A stretch of DNA of 64,000 bases from assembly GCF_006345805.1 (NCBI RefSeq), contig NC_042998.1, positions 81,840,001-81,904,000 on the forward strand, in the 5' to 3' direction. A program made the translations under genes and the position numbers. The stretch comes from Octopus sinensis. Its lineage: Eukaryota. Below are positions 25,371-39,547 of the stretch, piece by piece. Every line of letters begins with the position of its first letter. Within the stretch, counting starts at the first letter, position 1. The notes beneath the pieces were generated by a model. The model ran no database searches. It saw only the letters and a program-made list of their open reading frames with translations, and was not told where the DNA came from.

Positions 25371-25736
25371 AATACCGACAGATGACAACGTTTCTCTAAA
25401 AGGAATGGAGAAATTTTCAAAATACAAAGACATGAAAATAGAGGTAACTCGGATGTGGAGTCTAAAAACAGAAACAATTCCTATTATGATGGGTGCATTA
25501 GGTATGGTGAAAAAAATATTCAGACAAATACATAACAAAAACATCAGTTGTAACAAATATATATAACATACAGAAAATAGCAGTACTACGCACCGCACAC
25601 ACCCTACATAAAACACTTTCTATACAGTAACTATAAAAGCATCAGCATCACAACAAACTACATCACAAACCCAAGGCACACGGAGCTGTTCTCGGTAGTG
25701 CACTGAAAGCACGTTATAAAAATAGGACCACTGAAT
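25371..25736 (+). mobile_element. R4/Dong-type RLE LINE, short 3' fragment
   Basis: DDNVSLKGMEKFSKYKDMKIEVTRMWSLKTETIPIMMGALG plus the same 3' UTR as 26170-27008, ending in (AAT)n. Confidence 0.9.
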
Positions 25737-25757
25737 AATAATAATAATAAAATAATA

Positions 25758-25792
<35 letters not shown>

Positions 25793-26003
25793 GCGGTTTC
25801 AAATTTTGCCACAAGGGCAGCCATTTTATGGGAGGAAATATGATTACATGGACCCCAGTCTTTCACTGGTGCTTAATTTATCGACCTCGAAAGAATGAAA
25901 GGCAAAGTCATCCTTGGTGGAATTTGAAATCAGAACGTAATGACAGATGATATGCCTCCATGCATTTTGCCCGACGTAGTAACGAATCTGCCAGACCATC
26001 CCT
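25793..26003 (-). mobile_element. SINE family A
   Basis: atcgacctcgaaagaatgaaaggcaaagtc...ggaatttgaaatcagaacg. Confidence 0.8.
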
Positions 26004-26040
26004 AATATAAAAATAATGATGATGATAATGATAATAATAA

Positions 26041-26098
<58 letters not shown>

Positions 26099-26169
26099 CA
26101 AATATAATAATAATAATAAAATAATAATATAATAATAATAATAATAATATAATAATAATAATAATAATA

Positions 26170-27008
26170 CTGGACTAAACTAAACGCAAAAGAAATAGAC
26201 AAAGAAAAATCCCAGCAATGGTTGAGAAGCTCAGGACTCAAAGCAGAAACAGAGGGATTTTTTATTGCAGCACAAGACCAAAGCCTCCCCACCAGAAATT
26301 ACCAAAAACATGTAATGAAAAGAAATATTACAAGTAACTGCAGAATATGTGGAGATGGACAAGAAACAATAAATCATATTATCTCTAGCTGCCCAGTCTT
26401 GACTAAGAAGGAATATATTCACAGACATGACAGAGTTGGAACCTACATACATTGGAAGCTATGCCAACATTATGGAATAACAACAGAAAAAAGATGGTAT
26501 AGGCACACACCAGAAAAGGTCACAGAAAACGAGAAAGCAACCATACTCTGGGATATGCCGATACACACAGATAGAGAAATTAAGGCCAACAGACCAGATA
26601 TAGTTGTCAGAGATCATGAAGAAAAAAAATGCTTTCTAATTGATGTATCAATACCGGCTGATGACAACGTGTCTCTAAAAGAAATGGAGAAACTCTCAAA
26701 ATACAAAGACCTGGAAATAGAGGTAACTAGAATGTGGAATCTGAAAACAGAAACAATTCCTATCATAGTAGGTGCATTAGGCATGATAAAAAAATATTGA
26801 GACAAATATATAACAAAAACACCAGGACTTACAAACACATATAACATACAGAAAATTGCACTACTAGGCACTGCACACATCCTACGCAGAACACTTTCCA
26901 TACAATAACCATCAGAGCATCACAACAAATCACAGCACATACCCAAGGCACACAGAGCTGTGCTCGGTAGTGAAGTGAAAGCACGCTATAAAAATAAAAC
27001 TACTGAAT
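26170..27008 (+). mobile_element. R4/Dong-type RLE LINE, 5'-truncated (CCHC finger and PD-(D/E)xK endonuclease)
   Basis: ORF 26222-26800: CRICGDGQETINHIISSC, RHDRV, RPDIVV, IDVSIP, EKLSKYKDL. (AAT)n on both sides; one premature stop at 26800. Confidence 0.95.
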
Positions 27009-27033
27009 AATAATAATATTAATAATAATAATA

Positions 27034-27074
<41 letters not shown>

Positions 27075-27077
27075 AAT

Positions 27078-27285
27078 AGTTTCAAATATTGACACAAGGT
27101 CAGCGATTGTAAGGGAGTAGGATTAGCCGATTACATTGACCACAGATTTAAACTGTTTCTTATTTCATCGAAAGTTTCAAAATCAATGTCACCCTCGGTA
27201 GAATATGAACTGAGAACGTTAAGACGGATGAAGTGTTGCTAAACAAATTTTCCGAGTCTTAACAATTCTGCAAGCTTGCTGTCCT
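27078..27285 (-). mobile_element. SINE family A, degenerate
   Basis: agtttcaaatattgacacaagg tail and caccctcggtagaatatgaactgagaacg. Confidence 0.6.
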
Positions 27286-27394
27286 AACAAGAAGAAGAAG
27301 AAGAGCAACAACAACAACAGCAAAACAAGATGTAGGAGGAGGAGTATGATGAAGAGGAAGGGGAGGAGAAAATAGGAAATAAGACGACTGTCCA

Positions 27395-27720
27395 AGGTTC
27401 ATACAAACGTAATCCTGGTTCTTATTGGTGTCCTAGGTACTGTGAGCAAGGGACTTAGCAGTTCCTTTATTGAAATTGGTGTTGCAGTTGCAATAATTCA
27501 GAAATCTGCTGTATTGAGAATAGCAAAAATTGTAAGAAATGTCCTCCATAACTAAGGAAATCTGTCGTGCCACAGTATCAAGGATATTTATTCCGAATGT
27601 AAAACATTTCTCTAAACTATGAATAATAATGAGCGATAAAACGCTGCTCCGAAATCTATCCCAAAACATTGGGAATAAAGGTATCACATGGAACCAAAAA
27701 TAGCTGACGAAGTTTTGGAC
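27395..27720 (+). mobile_element. 3' end of a different RLE LINE
   Basis: IGVLGTVSKGLSSSFIEIGVAVAIIQKSAVLRIAKIVRNVLHN* matches the typical RLE C-terminus; distinct 3' UTR. Confidence 0.6.
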
Positions 27721-27899
27721 TACATCCAAGTAATACTCATTGAAATTTATTTCTATTTTCCGAATGAAATGATATATTTTAACTGTATATCATCTCCATT
27801 GCTCGCACAGTACATGTAAACACACTCGTCACATTACGATCCAATCTACATCAGACCATCTCCGTCCCATGTACAAACAAATGAGTAAATTAAACATTA

Positions 27900-30800
27900 C
27901 CGGTATTATTCCACCTACGAATAACAATCGGGAAGTACGTACTTTAAACTTGTTACACAAAAGTACGAAAGACTACACGTGCAAAACAATTTAACATCAG
28001 AAATGAACGGAACGGTACCCTACGGAAATGACAACTGTCAAAATAAAGGGCCGGAAGTAATTCCTCATGTCCCGCAAATAAAATCAAAAAAACATAAATG
28101 GACACGTGAGACATATATTTCAATCCTACACGTTTATTTTACAGCAGTTCTCTATCCAAAGAACGAAAATATCACAACATATACATATAAATTCTGGAAG
28201 AAAAATAACCTAAATAAAGACTTGGATACAGCAATGAACCATAATAAACTAGCTAACATATGAAGATATATTCTCAATAAATAAATAAATGAATAAATAT
28301 ATAATCAGAAATAGAACACTTACAAGGGAAAATACATCAGGAAAATGTAGATAGTAGCCACACAAAAATGCCAAATAATATCATAAGCGTCGGAACTGTA
28401 AAACACGAAGTCAGACGTAACGTTTCCAACAATAGCAAAGTAATCAAGGAAAGACAACAAACCCAGACCATAGGAATTTATAATACTGTGCAAAAAGCAC
28501 CAAACTAGAACACCACAGACAAATATATGGACTGGAAGGAAGGTGAATGAAATCTAAACAGTGAAATTGAACCTAATGATCATGAGAGTCTAAAAAGGAG
28601 CATAATCAAAGAACTGAAAGCTACAGATCTCAGTATGGACCACCGATTGTACCTCCCAAAAATTAAAATTGATACTAAAACAACATCAATTATGAATAGC
28701 ATGAACCTGGCCATCACAGATCTAATAGCCACAGAAGCAAATGTGAATATCACCTGGTTATATGACATAATATACGCAGCAGCCACTGTGGTCACAAAAG
28801 AAGCTGGATACTCCCTCAAACCCATCCCAAAAGATGTACCAACACCCAAATAAACTCTGTGGATAAATAATATCAAGAAACAATAGAATACAAGAGAACA
28901 GATCTGTCAATCCATGACTAAACTAGTAGACAATCAACATTACTAAGCAACAAGAAGAGAACAAAAATACTGTGCAAATACAACATTATAGCAATAGGTT
29001 TACCTGAGTTAAAAGAACAGCTAAAGCAAGATATCCTTGCCAAAGCACAAAGGATCCGCCGGTATGAAAAACCTCAACGTTTCTTTGAACAGAACAAACA
29101 GTTCAACTCCAACCCCAAAAACGTTCTACCACGAACTTGGCAAAAATAAAATAGACATCACTGCAACACTTACAGCAGAAGAAGTGGAAGAATTTTGGAA
29201 AGAAATATGGTCTGCGAAGGAACAACGTCAAAAAGGCTCTATCAAAACAACCATCTCAGCACCTGAACAACTCTGGACCCTTATAACAAACTGAAGATTT
29301 CACCCAAGCACTGCTGAATCTAAGCAACTGTAGGGCACACGGGCACGATAAGATCCTCAACTTCTGGTTAAAATATCTGACAGGAATACACAAAAAGATG
29401 TCTGAGAAATTTAATGACTTACTAGCAGAGACAGAGACAATGCCTAAATGGCTCACGGAAGGGAAAACTATCCTAATTCCCAAATCTACTGAAACGGCAA
29501 ACCCACAAAATTATAGATCACTAACTTGTCTCCCTACAATTTACAAAGCCTTTACTACAATAATATCGCAGAGAATGAGCAAGCATCTGGAGGAAAACAT
29601 CCTGTTTCCAGAAGAGCAGAAGGGATGGTGCAAGAGCTCATACGGCTGTAAAGATCAACTAATGATCAATAAAGCCATAATTGAAGACAGCCGCAGGAAG
29701 AAGAAATGTCTAAGTATGGCATGGATCGATTACCAAAAGGCTTTTGATAGTAGTCCCCACACATGGATCCTAGAAATACTAGCCATGAACAAAGTAGCAC
29801 CAATAATCATAAAATATATATAACACTATGAATAAATAGCAGACAGTGCTACAGCTGTAAATAAAAGAGGGACTCATAAAAACCAAAACGATCCCCATTA
29901 GAAGAGGATTATTCCAGGGAGACACGCTGTCTCCACTCCTTTTCTGCTTGGCACTGACACCTGTATGTGATATGCTAAAAGGAACTGGATGTGGATACAA
30001 CTGTTACGGCAAAACAATCAGCCACTTCTTATATATGGATGACCTAAAACTATAGGCTACAAATGATAAACGGCTGGAAACATTACTACAGACAGTACAT
30101 AGATTTACCAAAGAAATAAATATGAAATTTGGCTTAGAAAAATGTGCTCAAGCAACCTTCAAAAGATGAAAACTAGTTCAGACTAGTAACATCACAATAG
30201 ATAAAACAAATGAAATAAGAGAAATTGACGAAGACAGACATACAAATATTTAGGAATCAATGAACTAGATACGATACAACACACACGAATGAAAGAGAAA
30301 CTAAAAGAAGAATACTATAGACGAGTTAGATTAATACTGAAAACAGAGCTCAATGCGAAAAACACTTTAGCCATCCCAGTTGTATGTTACATCTACAATA
30401 TCCTTAACTGGACACAAAATGAAGTAATAAAAATAGATAGGAAAACAAGAAAAATAATGATTAGGATTTAGGATGCACTACCCAAAATCAGACATAGAAA
30501 TGTTATATATACAACGTATGGAAGGTGGTAGGAGCCATATACAACTAGAAAACTATTACAAAATAACCACCATAGGACTAAAGAAATACTTCAAAGGCAA
30601 TGAAAACTAATATACATAGCCACAAAATACGAAAAAAAATCAACAAACTGTTTTCCGTCTTTAAGGAAGCTGAGAATTACAAACAAGAAATCATACAACC
30701 GAAGAACTCTGAAGAAAAAAGAATAAAAAAAACAAAAGCTGTAAAACAAATGAAATCCAAAGTAAAATTAGAACAGTAACAGATCATGACAAAACGATGA

Positions 30801-31636
30801 CAAGAAAAGCCCCCTCATGGCAAATACTAGGCTAAAATAAACGCAAAAGAAATGGACACAGCAAAATTCCAGCAATGGTTGAGATGCTCAAGACTCAAAG
30901 CAGAGATTGAAGGATTTTTAATTGCAGCACAAGACCAAAGCCTCCCTACCAGAAATTACCAAAAACATAAAAAGAAGCATAACAAGTAACTGCAGAGTAT
31001 GTGGAGATGGACGAGATGCGATAAATCATATTGTCCTGGCTGCCAAGTCCTGGCTAAGAAAGAATATATTCACAGACACGACAGAGTTGGGACCTACAGA
31101 CACTGGAAACTATGCCAACACTATGGAATAACAACAGGAAAAAAATGATATAAGCAATACACACAGCTAGAGAATGATATAAGCACACGCCAATGCACAC
31201 AGATAGAGAAATTAAGACCAAGAGGGCAGATATAGTTGTCAGAATCATTAAGAAAAACTGCATTCTAATTAACGTATCAATATCAACAGTTGAGAACATT
31301 CCTCTAAAAGAAATGGAGAAAATTTCAATATACAAAGACCTGCAAAGGGAGTTAGCCCGAATGTGGAGTCTAAAAACAGAAACAATTCCTACCATAGTGG
31401 GTGTATTAGGTATGATAAAACATATTCAGACAACTATATAACAAAAACACCAGGACTAACAAATATATATATATAACATACACAAAATAGCATACTATTA
31501 GGCACTGCACATAACCTACGTAAAACACTTACAATACAGTAACCATAAGAGCATCCCAGCAAAGCACAGCACATACCCGAGGCCCACAGAGCTGCGCTCG
31601 GTAGTGCAGTGAAAGTACTTGATAAAATTAAGACTA

Positions 31637-31640
<4 letters not shown>
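27900..31640 (+). mobile_element. Near full-length, decayed R4/Dong-type LINE
   Basis: N-terminal KWTRE motif; RT motifs LIPK..NYRSLTCLPTIYK, EEQKG, WIDYQKAFDS, QGDTLSPLLF and YMDD; then a CCHC/RLE remnant and the family 3' UTR before (AAT)n. Many stops and frameshifts. Confidence 0.92.
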
Positions 31641-31725
<85 letters not shown>

Positions 31726-31751
31726 TAAGAACAATAATAATAATAATAATA

Positions 31752-34613
31752 AAACCAAACTGGAGGAATAAAATTGAAACTGAAATTGAATCATTGCGAA
31801 GGGAGATATCAATATTAACTGAGCTAATATCTGGAAATGATGTAAGATCAAGAAAAGGCAGGAAGATTGTGAGAAAATATGGACACCCAACAAGAGAAGA
31901 ATTAATGTCAGCGAAAGAAACACTTAAACAAAAAGTTTAAGCAAAAGCTCAGATAATACGCAGATTTGAGAAAAGAATCAAATTCTACAAGCAAAAATAA
32001 GGGAAATAGGGAAAGAAAAAATAACCATTGAAAATCCACCCTTAATGGAAGAAGTTGAAATCTTTTGGGAGGGGATCTGGAGTGATGAGAAACCATACAA
32101 TGAAAATGCAGAGTGGATCAAACGCACCCAAGATGACTACAAAAATCTACAAAAACAGGTATGGGAAGACATCTCAATCGCCGACCTAAGGAGAGCTCTA
32201 ACAAAGGCTCATAAGTGGAAATCGCCTGGTATTGATAGAGTACCAAATTTCTGGCTCTCATCACTCTCGTCCGCACACAAAATGTTAGTAATACTATTTA
32301 ATAGTATTATGAAAGACCCGAAAAAACCACCACATTGGATGGCAAATGGTATTACTTACCTTCTCACCAAAAATAACAAAACGAAAAACCCAAAAATCTA
32401 TCGGCCTATAACATGTTTATCTACTACCTAAGTAGAAAAAACATACGTTTATGGAAGAGATTAACCTCTTTGCCACTGAACAAAAAGGATGCACACGAGG
32501 CTCATACGGATGCAAAGATCAGCTCCTAATTAATCGCATGATCCTTGAGAACTGCCATAACAAGCGCAGAAATCTCAGCTCTTCATGGATTGATTATAAA
32601 AAAGCCTTTAACAGCATACCACATTCGTGGATTCTGAAATCGCTGGACATTTTCAAAATTGCTCCTGTGATTTCAGATTTTTTAAAGTATATGATGTCAC
32701 TATGGAACACGAAGCTCCAATTATATCATTCTAATGGAGTATTGCACTCAAACAACATTAGCATAAACTGTGGAATTTTCCAAGGTAACTCACTTTAACC
32801 ACTAATATTCTGCATAGCACTAATACCACTCTCAAGTGAACTGAATAGAACAGGATATGGTTACAAAATTGACAAGAAAATAAGCCATCTATTTTATATG
32901 GATGACTTAAAGCTATATAGCAAAGATGATGAAGAGCTTGAAGGATTATTACATACTGTGAAAGGATTCAGTGATGATATCGGGATGGAGTTTGGCCTTG
33001 AAAAGTGTGCCAAAGCCACTTTTAAGAAAGGGAAATTGGTAAAGTCTTGTTCAATCGAATTAGATGTCGAAATAGTAATAAAGGAACTTGAGCAGGAACA
33101 AACCTATAAATACCTAGGAATAAATGAAGGCTCTGGTATCCTGCATGCAAGCATGAAAGAGAAGGTTAGGAAAGAATGTTATAGAAGAGTTCGAGCAGTC
33201 CTGAAGACTGAGCTGAATGCATATAATAAGGTTTTAGCCATAAATTCCTTAGCGGTACCAGTTGTTCTTTATAGCTTCAATGTGCTTAACTGGAATACTA
33301 GTGAAATAATGAAAATTGACAGGAAAATCCGCAAGCTACTGACTTGTAATAAGATGCACCATCCAAAGCAGAAGTGGATCGCCTTTATCTTCCCAGAGCT
33401 CAGGGAGGTCGAGGTTTGATCCAGCTTGAACTAACATACAAAACCACCACAATCGGACTGGACAAATACCTTGAAGCAACCAACGATTGGATGCTAAAAC
33501 TTGTTGAAAAACATGAAAGACCTAAAAAACTTCACTCTATTCTCAAAGAGAGCAAAAAATTCGCTGCTGATCTCTTAGATACCCGCCAGATTGATCAGAC
33601 TGAAGGTAATACCCCAACTGCAGCTGCAAAGAAAATAAAATTAATTGCAAAGACAAAAGCACTTGAAAATTTAGCTAGCAGATGGGAACAGAAACCTCTC
33701 CATGGCAAGTATGTGGCCCGTAGCAAACAAGCTGATGTCGACCAGAAACACACGCACCAATGGTTACGAAGTTCATGCTAAAAGCAGAGAGTGAAGGTTT
33801 CATATTAGCTGCTCAAGACCAAAGCTTATTTACCCGGAACTACCAAGCCAATGTGATGAAAAATGGAGCTGACCGAAAATGCCGATTCTGTAACGATGAG
33901 ATTGAAACAATAGACCGCCTAATCTCAGGGTGTAGAGTCTTAGCACCTGCAGAATATAAAGCAAGACATGACAGAGTCGGCCAGTATTTACACTGGACAA
34001 TATGTCGGCATTATAAAATCAAAATGACAAATGGTATAAACATCATCCTGAAGTTGTGATTGAGGGGAAAATGTGTCGATTCTATGGGACTTCCCCGTGC
34101 AGACCGACAGGACTATAAAAGCTAATAAACAGGATATCATTATAGAAGATCAGACAAAAAGGATGTGTTTATTAATTGACATGAGTATTCCCCGTGATCA
34201 CAATATAGCGGCGAAAGAATTTGACAAGATTAGTAAATATAAAGACCTGCTAATGGAAATTGAAATAAATGTGGCATCTCAAGGAAACTATAGTACCAGT
34301 GATTGTAGGATCTCTAGGAATGATAAAAAAAGGCACTGAAACCTATTTGAAAATTATTCCAGGCTCACCATCCCTACAGGAAGTGTAAAAAATCGTATTA
34401 ACTGGAACGGCTCATGTACTGAGAAGAGCACTATCGCTGTGAAAATAACATCCATCCATGAATTTATTTATTTACTAATTTTTAAATACATATTTTATTA
34501 GTGAATTTGCGCGTGTAATCTGGGAATGCATACAATGCCCTTCTCTGCCCTAGGTGTATGGAAAACACTCGGCGAGAATCGGAAGAAAATTTGAAGAAAG
34601 AAGGAAAACACAT
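31752..34613 (+). mobile_element. 5'-truncated R4/Dong-type LINE, second subfamily
   Basis: KWKSPGIDRVPNFW, YRPITCLST, WIDYKKAFNSIPH, YMDDLKLY, CRFCNDEIETIDRLISGC, KYKDL. Different 3' UTR; (AAT)n on both sides. Confidence 0.92.
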
Positions 34614-34634
34614 AATAATAATAATAATAATAAT

Positions 34635-34677
<43 letters not shown>

Positions 34678-34689
34678 GTAATAATAATC

Positions 34690-34991
34690 ACTCACCCAAG
34701 GACGCAGGGTGTGTCTCGGCGAATGATTGTACAAGCATCTTGGTTAAAAGTGAATAATAATAATAATTAGAAAATTATTATTATTAGATCTCTGAACGAG
34801 AAATATTTCAGTAACATAATGTGGCCGTCCTTAACAGCAAGACTGTTACTGTTATTTAGCCCCACGAAACATTGTCTCCAGCTAGCTATCGACGCACACT
34901 CTGCATAACAACAACAACAACAACAGCAATAATAATTATAGTAATAATAATAATAATAATAATTATAATAATAATAATAATAATTATTATT

Positions 34992-35047
<56 letters not shown>

Positions 35048-35048
35048 A

Positions 35049-35100
<52 letters not shown>

Positions 35101-35200
35101 GAATAATCAGGAAAGTACTATGTGGCTGAAAAGAACGGATAACATGGTACCGTTGCCATCCCCTCTCAGAGAAAAAACACGAGCGAGACCGAGATCTCTG
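34690..35200 (+). mobile_element. Very short RLE-like 3' stubs embedded in (AAT)/(ATT)n
   Basis: 34690-34755 looks like a 3' UTR ending in (AAT)n. From ~35098 the frame reads RIIRKVLCG*, a typical RLE C-terminus. Confidence 0.45.
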
Positions 35201-35224
35201 AGAGGTAAAATAATAGCATTAATA

Positions 35225-35440
35225 ATGTTTTCTTTATTAATCACTAAGGGTTCACAAAATTATTGGGGGCGGTACAGGACAGTACAAGGTAGAGAGTGAT
35301 AAATCATGCCTGACTTCTCTCTTAATTCAGTGTGGTATCAAGATACAAATTAATCCGTCTATTGAGAGTTGATAGGAAATAATGGCAGCATTGCAAATTA
35401 CCAAAATCACGATTAGGCAACAATTTTCAATCATTTGTAA
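35225..35440 (-). mobile_element. Probable Tx1-type 3' stub
   Basis: The minus strand ends tgtgaacccttagtgattaataaagaaa, resembling the tail at 60496-60522. Confidence 0.4.
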
Positions 35441-35447
35441 CCAGATA

Positions 35448-35618
35448 GGTGCAGGAGTGGCTGTGTGGTAAGTAGATTGCTTACCAACTACATGGTACCG
35501 GGTTCAGCCCCACTCCGTGGCACCTTGGGCAAGTGTCTTCTACTATAGCTTCGGGCCGACCAAAGCCTTGTGAGTGGATTTGGTAGACGGAAATTGAAAG
35601 AAGCCCGTCGTATATATG

Positions 35619-35689
<71 letters not shown>

Positions 35690-35910
35690 TGTATGTGCTT
35701 GTGTGTATGTTGTATATCTGTGTTTGTACCCCCAACATCGCTTGACAACAGATGCTGGTGTGTTTTGGTCCCCGTAACTTACCGGTTCGGCAAAAGAAAC
35801 ATATAGAATAAGTACTAGTCTTACAGAGAATAAGTCATGGGGTCGATTTGATTCGACCAAAGACGGTGCTGAAGTATGGCCGCAGTCAAATGACTGAAAC
35901 AAGTAAAAGA
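35448..35910 (+). mobile_element. SINE family B, full length, with an internal TA/TG microsatellite
   Basis: ggtgcaggagtggctgtgtggtaag head, ccgggttcagccccac B-box-like, tail ggccgcagtcaaatgactgaaacaagtaaaaga. Confidence 0.92.
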
Positions 35911-36925
35911 AAGATTTGAAGAAGTTTTGCTTCCACTGGGCAGAAACGTATGAGGAATTGTTTGAAGTGAAAAAATAAGCAGAAACATATAGTTAATATC
36001 CTGTAGTTAAGTTTTGTGTCTCACATTGTGTAGCATGGAGACACGGTTATGGCTTGTAGAATAGTTTTTCGATTTTTCATTGTCAAAGCCAACTTATTTC
36101 CTTTTTGTTGTTCAGGATTAAAATATCATTAATTTTACGCCTCAGATGGAAATGCTAAAGAACTGAAAAATAAGAAAAAATGAAAGAGCTATTAGATCCT
36201 TAAAATCAAATTGTGAAACCCGCTGTTACATGTATGAGGCGTCATTTAATACTCGACATGCAACTTCTACGGCTTCTTTGCGTATCAAATATGCATTGTC
36301 CTTCTATCATAGATGTCGTACTGTGTGATAGTCAAGGAAGGGCAAAGACTACGAGCGTGTGACTGAGCGGGGAAATAGCTGTAGAGACATTGTCATCGAT
36401 AGAGTCAAATAGTATGTGGAAGTAACGTTCAGAAATCAATAAACTACTTCAATAATGAATTAAACACCTGTTCATTTACTTAACTGAAAGAAGCCCCGAA
36501 GTAAAATACAAACAGGGTGAGTGTTTTAATAGTTAGTATGACTCTTCTAATATGCAATATTTGCTTGAATACACAAATTCCCACGCAAAATACTGGAGGC
36601 TAGAAAACAAAAATGGAAACTATATACCTATGCTTGAGTGCAGTAAACACTTATGGTACGCAAATTACTGACTCCAGTTCTTTGAAGCTACAGAATTGGT
36701 TGTGTATATAAACTGATTGGTTGCTTGTTTGGCTGGGATTGGTTACGTGATGTAGACACTTCTACTGAGAGCCCACTAAGTTTCGAAAACCGATTAAAGT
36801 TGTTCATTTTGTCAATCTACTAAGAAATATTTTAATAGAAATTCGTTTGTACATCTACCATATAGGTTTGCATATATATGTGTATATACACATACATGCA
36901 CGTATATCTATCTATCTATCTATCG

Positions 36926-36959
<34 letters not shown>

Positions 36960-37020
36960 TCATCCATCCATTCATCCATCTAGCTATCTATCTATTTATT
37001 TATCCCTCTGTCTATCTACC

Positions 37021-37797
37021 TGGACTGGCAGTACTACCGAGAAGCGCTACCCGTTCGAGATAAGCTCTACAGACACGGCTCGAGAAACACGGGTCCGACC
37101 TGCCCGAGATGCGGTCAGAGCGACGAAACCGTTCTGCACGCGCTCGAGCAGTGTCCAACAATTTCCGATCTGTGGGCTTATGTCGAACGACTGCTGTCAC
37201 GTGTGGGACGAGTCGGTTTATCAGCCGAGTTTATCGTTAATATTGTCACGTTCCCTTCCTTCAAACGAGAAGAGCTATTTTCATCATTCTTGTGGCTATG
37301 GCGAAAGAATGTATCTGGTGGACGCGTCTAAAAGGATTGGAGACAAACACTTTCCTCTCTGGTCAATCTTTCATCAACTTCTTCAAGTATCACTTGAAAA
37401 GGAAAGTGAGAGTAGAGAGGCAAGTTTTGTGTAGCGAATGTTTCAAAAAAAGATGGGTGAATGTAGCAAGGATGGCACGTATGAATGACGAAGCCACCTT
37501 GAGCATAATCCTATAAACCCGGAAAAATTTAAAACAGAGGGTTACCCACTTGCAAACAAATGTGTTAACAGGTGACATTATTGAACGAGGTTACCGTGGT
37601 CTTCTCCGTAGGCTTTTCTTTCCACGGATAAACACTATCTGCTTCTTCCTTTACACTTTAGATCATCACATTTCTGTGGTACACGATCCCTATTGATAGT
37701 TTTTTTTCTTTTCGTTCCTTTTTGTCTTTTCTTCCCTTTTTACGACCCCTTTTGATGGAAAACCTACCCCACTTTCTTTTCTTCTTTTAAAGAAACA
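37021..37797 (+). mobile_element. Tx1/L1-clade ORF2 C-terminal fragment and 3' UTR
   Basis: REALPVRDKLYRHG...CPRCGQSDETVLHALEQC (CCHC), frameshifted, then a T-rich UTR ending ttaaagaaacata. Confidence 0.8.
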
Positions 37798-37858
37798 TAT
37801 CTATCTATCTATCTCTCTGTATATATATATTTATATATATATATATATATTTATATAT

Positions 37859-38295
37859 AGAGGGCATTATACATACATGCCAGAGGGCATTATACATACA
37901 TGCCACACGCTAAGAGGGACAATTAGTCATTTCTACCAAAAATTTTACTAATCCCACCGAATGCAATTTTTCAAAGTAAGACATTTAAAAAATATAGACC
38001 TCTATCACAGTGATTTCATACTTACGTATTCATCAGCAGGCCTGGACGTATCATAAATAAACGACCCTGCCTCGCTTAAGCCGATCAGCTAACTGATCAA
38101 CATCAACGAAGCACATGGGTGAGTTTACATATATTACATCCGGTAAATGGCAGAGTTTTACGAATTGCATTTCGGGAAAGGAGAAGTTTTTTCGGAATAA
38201 AAATTTAGCAATCTTGAGAATGAAACATTCAATTTTGAATTTAAAGTTCATTTTACCCTTAAAGATGCAGTGCAATAAAAATGCGCCTAAAATAT

Positions 38296-38300
<5 letters not shown>
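37859..38300. repeat. Unclassified block between TA arrays, starting with a 23-bp tandem duplication
   Basis: agagggcattatacatacatgcc occurs twice (37859-37904), each with a ggcat/atgcc mini-hairpin. The family is not recognised. Confidence 0.35.
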
Positions 38301-38355
<55 letters not shown>

Positions 38356-38359
38356 ATAT

Positions 38360-38452
<93 letters not shown>

Positions 38453-38465
38453 TAGATAGATATAG

Positions 38466-38496
<31 letters not shown>

Positions 38497-38826
38497 GATC
38501 GATAGATAGATATATGCACACGTATATATAAATCTAAAAATTTTACATTATCTAAAATATGTTGCAAATACAAAAGATAATACGTATACTAAAATCTTGG
38601 TCACACCCATTTAAACTTAAAATGGACTGTTCTGCACTCTCCTCGAATTTAACAGAATCTCTTTCATAGATTTCACTTCCTTTAATATACGGTTGTGATA
38701 ATTCTAAGCTAGTAACATGGTAGGTAGTAACTAAAATGTTAGTGTTCTTTAAAATCATGTAAAAGCAAATCAGTTAAGTTGCCAACTCGTTAACAAAGTA
38801 TACATAGAAGTATACATACAAGTATA

Positions 38827-39124
38827 GGTGCAGGAGTGGCTGTGTGGTAAGTAGCTTGCTAACCAACTACATGGTTCCGGGTTCAGTCCCACTGCGTAGC
38901 ATCTTGGGCAAGTGTCTTCTGCTTTGTGAGTGGATTTGTGAGCGTATATATATGTGTGTGTTTGTTTGTACCCGATGCTGGTGTGTTTACGTTCGGCAAA
39001 AGAGGCCGATAGAATAAGTACTAGGCTTACAAAGTATAAATCCCGGGGTCGATTTGCTCGACTAAAGGCGGTGCTCCAGCATGGCCGCAGTCAAATGACT
39101 GAAACAAGTAAAAGAGTAAAAGAG
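38827..39124 (+). mobile_element. SINE family B with internal deletions
   Basis: Same head and tail as 35448-35910. Confidence 0.92.
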
Positions 39125-39547
39125 TATACTTCAATTTGCTTATTTCTCATGGAATCTAATCCTAGTGTTGATTGCTTCTTACGATGTTCTACGATGTTCT
39201 TAATTTGTAAACTGATACAAAGAAGAGGTTTTAAAATTTTGTTTACGAATATTAAGACAAATATTTATATATCCGCAAAGATCTCCAACTAATGATTCGA
39301 ATTTGTTGTCAGTAGAATGTTATTCGTATTTTAGAGTCATTCCTGTTATTTCTGTATACTTCTCCACACATTTCATACATAATGTTATGTACAGATAAAA
39401 TTAGTTTTTATTGTGCTGCATTACTTTTGTTTCAGTTGGAATTGTTATCCTTTGGACAATTTAAAATATATACCACAAGGAGAACCTTGAATATAGTTTG
39501 GCTTTTGTTTATATCTTTAGTGATTTTGGTTATCCTTTTTTGTTACA

